This document shows positions 32,021 to 45,852 of a stretch of 64,000 nt of DNA, one piece after another. The stretch comes from Octopus vulgaris (Eukaryota). The first letter of the stretch is position 1; each line of letters opens with the position of its first letter. The position numbers were made by a program, and so were the translations under genes. The stretch lies in assembly GCA_951406725.2 (NCBI GenBank), contig OX597819.1:43276001-43340000 (forward strand), read 5' to 3'. The notes beneath the pieces are model-generated. The model had not been told where the DNA came from. It worked only from the letters and a program-made list of their open reading frames with translations, and did no database searches.

Positions 32021-32644
32021 AGGGGGTATGTGTGTGCGTGGAGCAATCAAGATTATCACCGGTATATAATATAATCCGTTTCATTTTAAACCAGTTTGGT
32101 GTCAATGCACGAAGCTCTCGACCCTTGCATTACACTGTAGTTCTGTCGATTATTAATGATTTCTTTATTATCATTAATAATAATAATAATATATATGTAT
32201 ATATACATATATATATATGATATACTCATGTTATGAGTTATGTTCCTGGTTGCATCACCAAACCGCTCTGTGTGTGTGTGTGTGTGTGTGTGTATGAGAG
32301 AGAGTGTGATTTAGTAAAGATGAAGAGAAAGAAATAGACGCGCCACAGTCATTCGCATACAGACTATCTCTTTATCTGTCTCTCATACATACACACGCAC
32401 ACAGAGAAATGAATCTGTTTATAAAGCAATTTTCAAGCGAACATAAGCTAGCACACAAGTCGTCGGTCGGTGATTGATCACAACAACACTTAGCAATAAT
32501 TAGATAAAAGCTTGCACTGTTTAAGTAACTTTTTGGTTGGCTTCGACGACTGCTTCCTTTAAGCTTTTCTTACAACAAACCATTCATTCATTCAGTTGAA
32601 ATATTATTAAAAACCTGTATGTAATTTACTTCCATGACCAAAAG

Positions 32645-32680
<36 letters not shown>

Positions 32681-32997
32681 ACACGGTGTGAAATACAGTG
32701 ACACGAACTCAAGAATTTACCTATCGTGTGAAGTACTTTGTAAATTGTTAGTCCCTAGTTAGATACGGTTAGCCAGGTCTAGAGGGCTAACAAGATTGCC
32801 TAACAAAATACCTGCCCAGATTCCAAATCCCTATATATATTATATATATATGTATGTATGTACACATACACGCGCGTGCGTATATACATACACACACACA
32901 CACACTTGTTTACATTTCGTAGAAGCAAAAATTAGTTATAACCGACAATCAAAATTTCTAACCACCTAATATTACGGTGTGTGTATGTGTATGTATG

Positions 32998-33052
<55 letters not shown>

Positions 33053-34945
33053 CGCGCGAGAAAAAATAAAATGTTTTCAAAGATATCGGAGTAAATAATT
33101 TCAATAATGATAAAAGAAAAAAAAAATTATTTTCAAAAATTAAAGGGTGAGTGGAAAGGGGGTGATATTGCAAGCATGAGATAATTAAAACAGATTCCAA
33201 TAAAGAAATAAATAAATAAGGCTGGAATTTTTTTTTTTTAATGACGTTTTCCACAACTCTCTGCTTTACTGCAGTGAACCATTATTGATCGGCGCAATTG
33301 AGGAATTGTTGGCATAAAGATTCTATGGAAGATGGACAGGAAAAGAGATGCCAAGTTGAACGGAGGGTTCACACATATACGCACAACAGGAGGGAGTGAG
33401 AGAGAGAGAAAGGAAGCGAAACCGGGGGGGAAAACGACAAAACAGAGTTAGAAAGAGTGATAGGGAGGACAGAGAGAGGGAGGGAGAGAGAGTGAGTGAG
33501 TGAGCGAGCGGAGGAGGAGGGAAAGAATGTATGGAAGTGAAGGAAGAGGGGAAGTATTAGTGCGGACGAATTGAAAGAGAAGGTAACAATAGAGAGGACA
33601 GAGAGGGAGGGAGTGATTGAAAGAGTATGAGAAAGAAGTGGGGGCGGAGAGGATTAGAAAGTGTACGAGAAAGGAGTAAGGGTGGGGTGGGGGGACAACA
33701 GAGAAGATTAAAAGGAATAAAAGAAAAAGAGAAATGGAAGGAAATATGGAATACATTTTTCAAAAAAAAAACAATTCAAATGAATGAGGGAAGAAATGAG
33801 AGTAAGAAATGACGAATATTCGCAAAATTTCATTAAAAGAGGTGCAGAAATATGGATGTACAATATTTTTCCCTCTCCGTATGTGAAAATAAAAACGAAA
33901 ACAATAATAATAATAATAATAATAATAATAGCTGTGTGTAGTGCGTGTCTTGATAAACAGAGCCCACACATGCATACAGAACGATATATATATAGAGAGA
34001 GAGAATTTGAGAGAAACGAGATGAAGGAAAGAGACGACTCTGAGAGAGAGAGAGAGAAAGAGAGAGAAGGATGGAACAGGACTGGATGGAAATGAGAGAG
34101 AGAGAGGGACAGTTGATCGTTTCTAGGTAGGTCTCACTCTGTAAACAGGGATGTTAACGGTCGATGTTGTAAAAGAAACTCCTTCATGTTTTTCTCTCTC
34201 TCTCTCTCATTCTGTCTCTCTTCTCTGTTCAAGCCCTTTCTGTTTATCTCTTTCTCTCTCTCTCTATCTCTTTTCAAACAACTCTTGCTTTAGTTGGATG
34301 GGTTTCTTTTTTTGTGTATTTGTTTATTACATGTTTATTTTTCTCAATCCCTTTTTCCCCCCATCCATCTATTCGTTCGTTCGTTCGTTCGATGCTGGTG
34401 TTTGGAGAGGTGTGCAAAGGACAGGGGACATCATAGTCTGTGTGGAGGACAGCAAGCGTTACAATCGAAGGCGAGACATCACACACACACAAAATATATG
34501 AAAATAAAATAAAAAAAAAGATCCCCCTCAAACGGAGTTGAAGTGGGGGACACACGCGCGCGCACGTCTATTCGAATTAGTAGCCATAAAAAAATATTAC
34601 ACATACACGTGTGTATGTGTGTTCGAGAGTCTGTGTACACAGAGCAGTCAAACAAATGTGTGTGTGTGTGTTTGAGAAGGGGATAGAGAGAGAGAGAGGA
34701 ACACACAAGTATGAATGAATGTGCAAACGTTCTCACTCATTTACGTGGACATCTGCGAACGCATTCATATACATACGCGCACACACCACACGTGTGTGTG
34801 TGTGTATTTATTAATTTACAGAAAAGAAAGGATGCATGTGTGTGAACGTGGATGTATTTATAAGCGTGTGTATATATACACCTATATATACATGTGTGTG
34901 TGTGTGTGTGTTTAAAGAAGAGAATGCGTGTATGTGTGTGTATTA

Positions 34946-35012
<67 letters not shown>

Positions 35013-35145
35013 ATGCATTTAATTGTATGTATGAGTTCACACGCGCATATTTGTGCGTTTGTGCGTGTCTAAAGAATGTCCATAAAAGAAATGTTATCTC
35101 ACTGAAGCAAAAGGACACAATTTTACACAAGTGTTATTCTGCTTA

Positions 35146-35181
<36 letters not shown>

Positions 35182-35483
35182 CACGCACCTTAAACAAACT
35201 ACTACACTGTGGAGTTTCAGTAATTCCCAGCCTCCACACTGCTGAATGTAGCTTTCTTTCTTTCTAGTTTTTTTAAAAGCCTTCTACTAAAGATCATCAA
35301 TAAATAAATTGGAATAATTTTAATGCGGACATAGCACAACTATAAACACACACACACACACTCGCATATACACGTAATAAACATAACACACACACACACA
35401 GCACCAACACATCACACATCATATGGTCTAATAGACCCGGTTAGAAAAATTGCATTAACCGAAGATAAATATAGAAAGAAAAT

Positions 35484-35520
<37 letters not shown>

Positions 35521-37018
35521 CTTTATAAACGTCAAGTAGGGCCTGTGTGTACACACACACCACACGCATATAAAAAAATCTCTAACCTGCTTATAAATGA
35601 ATAAAGGATCTGTCACGGTTAAATCAGCGAAAACAAAAAAAAACTGTGGAAAATTAAGTAGATAAAAACATGAAAACGAGACCCCCCAGTTTGTGACCAG
35701 CTAAAACCGAAAAGCAATACATCTCTCTACATATTCGCAAATTGTATACAGATACGAAGATATGAATTTGGGATTTAAATATATGTATAGCTAGCTATAT
35801 ATATATATAAATACATATTTTTCTGGGTTTTTTTACTACATCTCTCACATTCACTTTCATCTGACCTACAACGAACAATCGCCTTAAATTTAATTGCCAA
35901 TAGTTATCGATCAAAATAACTTCTACACAATCCTACTTCATACTACAGGCGCATAACGGGCAATAGTGCAAGTTGTGCTTGTTATACGACTAATATATAA
36001 ATACACACACACACGTACATACAGATACGATTATAGATCATCGTATTATGTATATATAAATATGAAGAGATAGGCAGTTAGTAAAAGATAGATATAGATA
36101 TATTACCATATTAGTGTGTACGTGTGTGCATCTGTTAATGTGTATATATATGTGCCAAGATAAAACATGAAAAATTAGTAACTATGTAGTAATAATAATA
36201 ATAATAGTGAAAATCAGGTCATTTTGTCAAGACTGGTGACGGTATGCAAACAATCGACACAATTCCTTTGATGTCAGCAGAGATAGAAAGATAGACACAT
36301 TGATATAAAGATAATTACACACACACATACATAGGGGTTATATATATGAGATCACTTGACCATTTTCTTTTTTAATATTGTGACCACAGCTTTTCTTTTT
36401 TTTTCTGGTTTTAATACATAGATATATATCTTTTTTACTAAAAAAAAAAAAGTGGGGATCGCTGGCTGCCACGCTTACAATATAAAAATAAATAAAAATA
36501 TCCTGTTCTATGCGAATTCCTCTAGAAATGAACGGCTTAACTCATCCATAGGATGGATAGTAAGATAAGCATATCCTACAAGTGTATAAAATGTGTGAGT
36601 GCGTATGTTTGTGTTATGTTACAACATATCGATCATTGATTAAACACGACAAATTAAAAAGCGGCCGACCACTAAACAATAATCGAGTGATTCCAGCTCG
36701 AAGGAGTAGGCCAAAGAGGAATCACATTATATATATATTTCATATAGGGTATGCATTATAGTATATAAGATCTTCCAAAACTGACAATCATAACAAAACA
36801 TACTATTTCCAATTTTGTAAATAAAATTAAAGCTACATCCGATATGAAATGCGATGCTTACAGGGTATTTTTGTTTTAGATTTCTCTCTTTTTTTTTTTT
36901 AATTAAATAAATGGATTTGCAACACGATAAATACAAGTGCGTGCATACATACATACATATACATATATATATATATATATATAAACACACACGCACAGAC
37001 ATCAATATGACAACATAC

Positions 37019-37094
37019 CGTCTTCTGGGCGCCCTGATGTATTAGACTTCTCGCCTCCAGGGTAACTTTGTCCTGGTAAACTGGAGTTTTTCCC
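37019..37094 (-). CDS. TCF: TCF/LEF coding exon 2 (76 nt)
   Basis: Acceptor ccatttcag|GGG and donor GACG|gtatgt. Continues the exon 1 frame with no stop: GKNSSLPGQSYPGGEKSNTSGRPED+G (phase 1). Confidence 0.88.
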
Positions 37095-37304
37095 CTGAAA
37101 TGGTAAATACACACCGATAAATAATATGATTTCTTCCGGAGCAAGCAAACCGTCGTTCAAAGGCAAAGGTAAACTCCATATACATCACGTATTTTTTTTT
37201 ACTGTAATAATGTGTAGCAAATACGCACAGCTATGTATGTGTATTTATATATATATATATATGTGTGTGTGTGTATTTATATATATACACAAACAACACA
37301 CACA

Positions 37305-37347
<43 letters not shown>

Positions 37348-37407
37348 AGGGTATAGCACCAAGACTATAATTATATAGAAGCATGTGTGTATATATATAT
37401 ATGTGTG

Positions 37408-37447
<40 letters not shown>

Positions 37448-37470
37448 CATACACACACACATATATATGT

Positions 37471-37512
<42 letters not shown>

Positions 37513-37582
37513 TAGATAGCTGTAGACATATAGGAAAGATAAATAATCAGCACATTTTTTTTTTTTTTTGGCGAAAACATAC

Positions 37583-37726
37583 CTCTTCACTCTCAGTTAC
37601 TAAACCCAACTTATCTTCGGAAAGATTTTCCGAGGATCGCTTCTCTTCTTCGCCTTCATCTTTATAAACTTTGACCTCGTCTTTAGAGAAAAAGTCCTCG
37701 GAGCCGCCCGAACTAACGTGCGGCAT
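37583..37726 (-). CDS. TCF: TCF/LEF (pangolin) transcription factor, coding exon 1, beta-catenin-binding domain
   Basis: accATG start, then [48 protein letters not shown]. This matches the TCF/LEF N-terminal CTNNB1-binding motif (DE.K.(F/Y)KDEGE.E..SS..L...K..LV.ESE). Ends in a phase-0 donor GAG|gtatgt. Confidence 0.96.
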
Positions 37727-37839
37727 GGTCAAAGAAAGTTTAAAAGATACGTAATTTTTGTTTTGTTTGTCTTCTTTCCTGTTTGTTTTTTCTTTTGTCT
37801 GTTTGTTATTTTTTTTTCCCCCTTTTTTTTTTAAAGATT

Positions 37840-38250
37840 AATATCAAAAGACTCCCGACACACGTTTTGAATCCGCCATGAAAATACTACGTAAAGACAT
37901 TCGAAGCTAATAGCGCCCAATTAAGAGCATGTAGCCAGCAATCGACCAATGAGCGGCTCGCTTACAAAATGGACACGTCGGTCTTACTAGCAGCAGCAGC
38001 TCCTCACATCAGAGTTACATACTGTGAGTACAACCCTCCTTTGCAGCATGGTCTTTTCACACTCGACGAGAGGCAACCACCACCACTACCATCATCATTA
38101 TTATCATCATCTTATTCAGTTTCATCATCTCCGCCACCTTCGGCAACAGCAACAATAGAGAGAAAGGAGAGGACAACGACGACGACGGATGATGATGCGG
38201 CGGCCAACAACACAACTTTTCATCATCCATCTTTCACCCCACCACAAACA
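37840..38250 (-). promoter_or_regulatory. TCF promoter / 5' UTR region
   Basis: Repeat-free, relatively CpG-rich stretch upstream of the ATG. It has two CCAAT pentamers (about 37917 and 37946) and an ATGGCG (YY1-like core) at 37874-37879. The transcription start cannot be determined. Confidence 0.55.
37844..37879 (-). other. Short upstream ORF MADSKRVSGVF*
   Basis: ATG GCG GAT TCA AAA CGT GTG TCG GGA GTC TTT TGA, ending about 118 nt upstream of the TCF ATG. Confidence 0.4.
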
Positions 38251-39003
38251 AAAAATATTATATGCACATATATATTTTCTTTACGTCCTTTCTCTGCAAA
38301 TATATAGATATATATATATAGTGTGTGTGTGTGGGTATATATCTGAGTCTTTTTTGAGTTTGTTCTTTATCGGTGATTCTGTATTTTCCCCTGTTCGTTC
38401 GTTCGCCCTCCCGCAGCTTCTCTATCAATTCCTCGTAGCGCTCCTGCGTGTGTGTGCGCCTGCGTACGTGTGACTGAGAGAGAGAGAGACTGAGCACGCG
38501 TGTATGTTGCTTCTTTTTTCCACTTTTCCCCCCTTTCAATACCTTTTACTCTTTCTCTCTCTAACTATCACTCCTCACCATTCATATTGATAGATACATA
38601 TTTCTGAGTGTGCATTTCTCAATCTCTCTCTATATATACATCATTCATTCATCAGTTCTTTATATATATATATATATATATATGTATTCGATAGCCTATT
38701 TTTTTTCAGTTTATCTTTCTACACATCTATTTTTGGGTTTTTTTCTCTTTTTTTTACCTCCAGCTCTCTCTTTCTCTCACCCACTCTATCTTTCTCTCTC
38801 TACACTTCACTTCTTTTTTTTTTCCTTTTATGTATATATATATATTTATATATACGTCCATGTGTGTAGATAAAGAATCCTGCTTTTGTTTTTCGGGTTT
38901 TTTTAACGTTTTTCTGTAATACTTGTTACCACCTTTGTAGTGATTTCTCTCTTCCTAGTCACTTTTTCATTTTCAAGTTACCTCTTTCCTTTCGCCTCTT
39001 TAC

Positions 39004-39037
<34 letters not shown>

Positions 39038-40194
39038 GCTTCGTACTTATTAACGCAACACCGCCGCCGTGTACTGCTGTGCTCTTTTCACCTCTTCTAT
39101 ATATTTATCTTGTCTGTCAATCTCACACTTCCCTTCTTCATCCAAAGGTGCTTGATTCGTACCAGGAAGAGACGATAAATAAACTGATTTATACAGTAGG
39201 TTATTTGGAATAAAACAAGCTACATAACGAAATCAAAGGATATTTCCTTTCATCTCACTGTCTTTCTCATTTTCTTTTCGATGTGTGTTAAAATTTTTTT
39301 TAAAAATAAAATGTCAAAATCCAACTAGTATTGTCCTATTATTCAAATCCGTTGGTGTTATGTACAGTTAGGTTATAAACAGCAGAATAATTTTCCGTGT
39401 ATTTCTTCTCTCTTCTCTTTTATCTCCGCTTTCTTTCTGTCTTTTTCTGTTTTGTGTGTGTTTTTCTTTTAAGACCTCTCAGTAAAGCTGCGAATTAAAT
39501 GCCAGCTTCCTTAATAGAAATCAAAAACATTAAACAGGTTACCCGGTTCTGTGTCTGTGTGTCTGTACAGGAGAGAGAGAGAAAGAGAAAAAGAAATAGT
39601 ATACGTATGAGCGTGTGTGTGTCAATGAATGAGTGAGTGAGTGATTGGCTGTGTGTATGTGTGTTTGTTCTACTCAAAAGCCCGTGTGCCAGTCTGCGGA
39701 GTTAAAATCTAACACCAACACTAGCCTTTAGATGTTTAGCCGACATTCTCTCGTTAGAGGCCAATATCGTAACTTATCCCACCACTCTTTCTTTCTGTTT
39801 TATTTCTCTCTTTCACATTTCTATCTATCTATGTTCTCTCTTTATTATTCTCTTACTCTTTCTCTCTCTCACACATTCTTCTCTAAATCACTTGTCCTCT
39901 TTCTTTTCTATTCTCCCTTCACCAGTGTCAGACTCCCTTCCACTCTCTCTCTCTCTCTCTCTCTCTCCCCCTCTCATCTGTTCTATATTCTATTTAATTC
40001 TCTATTTCTCTCCTTCCGCACATTTTTATATTCTTCCATTCAGCATCAGGTTCCTATAACTAATTTTCCTCTCTCTTCATCACACACACTTTCTCTCTCT
40101 ATTTCTCTCACTCTATCTATCACACACACGCGTATATATATATATATATATATATAATCACTTTATCAAAAGTATTCGCTCTCCTAATTCATTC

Positions 40195-40565
40195 ACTCAT
40201 AGTTCGACCTGCTAGAAAAAGCAGCGAAATCCCCTCAAAACACGCTCAAAACCGTCTTTAAAGCAAAGAAAGGACACATTCAGCAATGTAGTCCTACATA
40301 CCTCTGAAAAGAGGGAATGGGGATGGTCACGGCGAGAACGCCTCTGATCATAAGTCTGCTCGATCAGGGCCGAAAAATCCGAGGCAACAAGAGACTGAGC
40401 TACATACAACTCTGTGTGACTCGAACTGCTGGAAATAGCAGCCAAATCTCCCTCAAATTACAGTTTAACATTTCATCACGGGAAGGGCACATTGGATAAT
40501 GTGATCGGATAATCACTATTGGAACGTCTTTGATCATCGGGCTGACCTGGGGCTATAGAACAACA
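40195..40565. repeat. Old dispersed repeat family C (tandem pair here; other copies at about 11245, 12470, 13465, 14045, 18085, 19105, 19530, 20330, 28230, 30810, 31240, 48120)
   Basis: Shared blocks gctagaaatagcagccaaatctccctcaaa and ggatggtca..ggaatgcctttgatcatag.tctgctcga occur in both orientations. Confidence 0.7.
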
Positions 40566-41129
40566 ACAATTTTTCTTCTTTTCCCCTTATTCTTTCATCG
40601 TCAGCCTCCCGTCGTCTCACTGCTAGCTTCTCATTCTTTCTCTCTCGCCATTTATTTATCTATCTAACGGTGTCTTTCTCTTTCATTCTTCTAAACACTA
40701 TTTCTCTTTCATTACTGTGTATGTGTGTGTGTGTGTTTACATACTGCCGTATATGTGTGTGTGTGTGTGTGTTTCTGTGTGTCTGTTGTGGTTTATTTTC
40801 GCTCTCTATATATCGTTTTCTTTTTTTCTTTCCTTTTTTTTTTCTGCTTATTTTGTAGTCAAATCTAACCTTGTCTTTTTTTGTTGCTCCTTTTATCAGA
40901 GATCCGTTAATACTTTTCGATGTTTCTATTCCACCCTCTCGCTATATGTGGGTGTGTGAAATAAACGGAATGACTGAAAATCAATACATATATACACACA
41001 CACACACATATATATATATATATGTATATACATATAGTTTTCCCCCCACTAGACGTAATTAGTGTATGTGTGCGTATGCATCAATGTACGTGTGTGTGAA
41101 CACTTCCTCTCTATCTCTTCCTATCTCTC

Positions 41130-41168
<39 letters not shown>

Positions 41169-41625
41169 GACTCCACCATTACCACCATCTTTATCGGGGT
41201 TTTTTTTTTATTCGCTCGGCCTTGTTCTTCTACTTGTTCAGTTCTCCCTTATTCCTAATCTCCCTATACACACACACACACACACGCGTATTTACATATA
41301 TGTAATTACGCACACACACACACAAACATATATATATATATAGAGAGAGAGAGATATATAGACATATATATATATATACATACAAACACACGCACCGTGT
41401 CAGGTTGAGGGAATTTGGTCTGGTAGCAGGTGACGCTTGAGAACAAAAGAAGTTAAAAGAAATCAGTAGTGACGCCTTGGACAGTTGTGTTACGCGTCTG
41501 AATTAAATGTTTTAGCGCCCAAGCCTTTGATGTTTGCCCAAGACTATCTCCAATCTCAGCACTCTTTCCTTTTTTTTATTTATCACTTAGACTCTCTCTC
41601 CCTCAATCTATCTATCTATCTACCT

Positions 41626-41694
<69 letters not shown>

Positions 41695-41948
41695 TCTATC
41701 TATTCTATCTATCTATCTATCTATCCTCCCTTCCTTTCTAAGCTTATTCTCTCTTCATTTTTACCCAATCTGCTTCCCCCTTTTTTTTTCTCCTTCCCTA
41801 TTTCCCTCACATTTTTTTATATTTATTTTACTTTCCCCTTATATTATTGTTCTTTTTTTATTGCTCTTCATAGCTTCCCCATCATCTCCTCATTTTCTCT
41901 CGAAACGTTTTCGTCTTTTTTTATACATCCTCTAATTATCTCTCTCTT

Positions 41949-41999
<51 letters not shown>

Positions 42000-43205
42000 C
42001 TTTTCTTTTTATTTGTACTTGACAGAAGAGTACGGCCAGCTAGGGCAACCACATTGAAGGGGGTATTTTGAGTCAATCAAAATCGCGACCCCCGTAACTT
42101 CATTAATTTTTGAAGTCTGATACTGATCCTAATCCTATCGGTCCCGTTTTAGCCGAAACGCTAAGCTCCGGGAACACAAACAAACCAACACCGGTTATCA
42201 AGTGGTGAGAAACTCATACACACACACACACATTGCACGCACGCATTCACATTTCTTAAACAAGTTTGGTGACTATCAAATTCGCTCAAATTGGTCAGCT
42301 AGGTATCGCGCAATGGGACTGAAACCGAAACTGCATGCAACCATGCATGCAGTTTCGAGTTCAGTTTTCAGTTATTCTCTCTCTCTCTCTCTCTCCGTTT
42401 CTGTCTCTCGATCTCTTTTAATCACCCACCCATAACAATTACACTTTCTCTAAAAAAATTTCTCCCTACAGCATCTTAAACCCTTCCTTTCCTTCTGGGG
42501 CTTTTTTTTTTTTTTCTTTCGCCCTTCTCAATTCCTCTCGTTCCTTTCCTCTATTTTTCTATTTGTCTTTCTCTATTTACACACGAATTATATTTACTTT
42601 CTACTTATCCCTCCTGCTTCTTATCCCTCGCTTTCCTTGCTTCCTCTCTTTCCTCACTCGTCCCTTACTTACACCTGGAATCTATTTACTTTCAGCATTT
42701 TTACGTTCTCCCTGTAACATGTACTACTTCTCCCTGCTGCTCCTTGTCACTACCACTCCCAGCCGCCTTTCCCAGTCCCATCAGCCAGTAAACCCACCTC
42801 AGCGACAGAGGTCAGAGGCGGCGAAAGGAGAAAGCGTCGACTCTATTACAAATTGACGAAGAAACACAAATAGCGAGGAAATAAGGATAGAAAGGGAGTT
42901 AGTGGCTGTGTCAGTTTGTTTCTGTACATATATATATATATATACATACACACATTCTGTTTGTCTCTTTCTCTCCCCTTCTCTCACGTACACACACACT
43001 CACATATGTTTGTACGTTCATACATACAGATATGTACGTATATTATGTATACAGACATGCCTCTGTGTGTCCCAGCCCAAAGGCTGTGGGCATGCTGGAG
43101 CACCGCCAATATAGAGAACATTCTGTGTAGTTTGATCGTTGGTGATCTATTTCTAGCATACGGCCGACTACATAGTGGTCTTGCCCTTTGAATATACACA
43201 TGTAT

Positions 43206-43470
43206 ACTCTTTACTCTTTACTCTTTTACTTGTTTCAGTCATTTGACTGCGGCCATGCTGGAGCACCGCCTTTGGTCAAGCAAATCGACCCCGGGACTTA
43301 TTCTTTGTAAGCCCAGTACTTATTCTATCGGTCTCCTTTGCCGAACCGCTAAGTGACGGGGACGTAAACACACCAGCATCGGTTGTCAAGCAATGCTAGG
43401 GGGACAAACACAGACACACAAACACACACACACACACATACATATATACATATATACGACAGGCTTCTTT
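43206..43470 (-). mobile_element. SINE family A, 3' portion
   Basis: Near-identical to the 3' half of 47690-48089. Confidence 0.85.
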
Positions 43471-44253
43471 ACACGCATATTTACACGCATACATATATAT
43501 ATAAGTTTTCATATGCACGCGTATATGATACAAACACATACATACAGACAGACAGACAGACAGTACGTCAAAGAGATGAGACACTTTTAATATTTGTGTA
43601 CTCGTCTAGGTGACCGTGTACACAAAACGAAAAGAAACTGCGCAAGTATGTGTAACGAGATTGTGTGTGTGTGTGTGTGTGTGTATGTGTTTTGTGTGTG
43701 TGTGTGTGTGTGTGTGTGCATAGAAGTATAAATCAAGTATTTAATGTAGATACAGAAGAAAAGTGACAGAAGCGTGTGTGAAAGTTAGAAACCCCCGTTA
43801 GTGTATGTGAGACAACAGAGAGAAGCAAACGTAGAAGTGATTGGTGCGTGTGTAAATGTTGTATGAGAGGAAAACATTAAAAAAAAAGCTGTGTGTGTGT
43901 GTTTGCGTGTGAGAAAGAATGAGAGAGATTTTTTTTTTCTCTTAGTATAGATCTCATTATTTTCATCTTTTATTTCTTTTCTTTGTTTTTTTTTTTGTTC
44001 TTTTTTTCATCTCTTTTCCCGTTTCCGCTCTGCAATTGTAAGTGTGTGCGCGTCCTGTATAATAAATAGTTGTACATGTGTGTGTGTGTGTGCGCGCGTG
44101 ATTTACCGTACGAGATGGTTTTTGTTGATATATCTATCTGATTATTAATGTTTATTTCGTTGTATATTTCACTTTATATTGGGAGAACTATTTGTTGTTA
44201 TTAACAGTTATCATTTATTTTAAATAGCTATCTCGATTTGTATCACCTTAACG

Positions 44254-44328
<75 letters not shown>

Positions 44329-44381
44329 GCTGTCTGTCTGTCTATCTAGCTATCTATCTCTGTTTATGTATTTGTTACTAG

Positions 44382-44436
<55 letters not shown>

Positions 44437-44779
44437 CTATATATTTGTGACTACAGTTTATCTACCTATCTATTTGTGATCAGTTCTATCTACCTATCTA
44501 TTTATCTGTCTATCTACCTGTATTTATCTATTTATCTATCAGTCAGTCAGCCTCTCCACCCTCTCTCTCTGTCTATCTATCTATCTATCTCTCAGTCAAT
44601 CAATGTCCCCTCCCTCTCTCTTTCTTTCTTTCTTTCTCACTCTCTCACTTTCTCTCTGTCTGTTTGTCTATCTATCTACCTATCTGTCTCCCTACAACAG
44701 TATTCCGCTCTACTTTATTTAGCCTCCTTATGAGAAACTGGAAAGGTGCCTTTCAGTCCAGCAGAACGGTAACGTGAAC

Positions 44780-45040
44780 AAATGTCCTCAACCTGAGTCT
44801 ACTATTGGCCTTTGGTGGGATCGTTCCTACTCTTGGACGCTAGACTTAATTACGCCATCTGGGTTAGTACCACCACCTGTTCATTGGCTGCTTTTGGTAG
44901 AATCGACTTTGTTACCAGAACCCAAGGCGAGATCCGCAATCTGAGGGTAACTTTCATCCATAAGTCCTGTCTGACGCTGAAGAGCAGAGGGGATGCGCTT
45001 CGGCCTCTAACAAAATCGTGAGAGGAGAAATATTTGCGTA
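44780..45040 (-). mobile_element. Highly degraded non-LTR reverse transcriptase fragment
   Basis: VRGRSASPLLFSV and, after a frameshift, IADLAL resemble the RT motifs GvRQG..LSP.LF and (Y/F)ADD.al. Confidence 0.35.
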
Positions 45041-45116
45041 CCGATCTGAAAAATACTAGAAGGAACACTGGCCTTTATGCATTTTTCTTTCAGTATATGT
45101 TACTAACACAGATAGG

Positions 45117-45211
<95 letters not shown>

Positions 45212-45231
45212 TTTCAAAAGTGGTCAATGCA

Positions 45232-45640
45232 TGTGTGGCTGTGTCGTAAGTGGCTTGCTTATGAACCACATGGTTCCGGGTTCAGTCCCACTGTGTGGCA
45301 CCTTGGGCTAGTGTCTTCAACTATAGCTTCGGGCTGACCAAAGCCTTGTGAGTGGATTTGGTAGTCGGAAACTGAAAGAAGCTCGTCGTATATATATATA
45401 TGTATGTGTGTGTATTTGTGTGTCTGTGTTTGTCCCCATAACATCGCTTGACAACCGATGCTGGTGTGTTTACGTCCCCGTAACTTAGGGGTTCCGCAAA
45501 AGGGACCGATAGAATAAGTACTAACTAGGCTTACAAAGAATAAGTCCTGGGGTCGATTTGCTCGGCTAAAGGCGGTGCTCCAGCATGGCCACAGTCGCAT
45601 GTCTGAAGCAAGTAAAAGAGTAAAAGAAAAAGGTAAAAGA
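45232..45640 (+). mobile_element. SINE family A, full-length copy
   Basis: gtggctgtgtcgtaag..ggttccgggttcagtccc..ccagcatggccacagtc..gtaaaagagtaaaaga. Confidence 0.9.
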
Positions 45641-45685
45641 CTCTGAGAACTAATCCATTTCAGCGGATATATGTATATCTATGAG

Positions 45686-45852
45686 GTGCGTGCGTGCGCG
45701 CGTGTGCGTGTGCGCGCGTGTGCGTATGCGTGTGCGTGTGCGCGCGTGTGCGTGTGCGTGTGCGCGCGTGTGCGTGTGCGTGTGCGCGCGTGTGCGTGTG
45801 CGCGCGTGTGCGTGTGCGCGCGTGTGCGTGTGCGCGCGTGTGTGTGTGCGTG
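45686..45852. repeat. (GTGC/GCGC)n alternating purine-pyrimidine tract
   Basis: Directly visible. Confidence 0.95.

Noticed and set aside
37547-37732. ORF-track version of TCF exon 1 (TTG start, tail [11 protein letters not shown])
   Set aside because: The real start is the ATG at 37726, and the tail is intron read-through past the donor at 37582.
37969-38307. 112-aa plus-strand ORF divergent from TCF
   Set aside because: Largely built from trinucleotide runs (CAG, CCA, TCA, ACG) with no recognisable domain. More likely promoter or UTR sequence.
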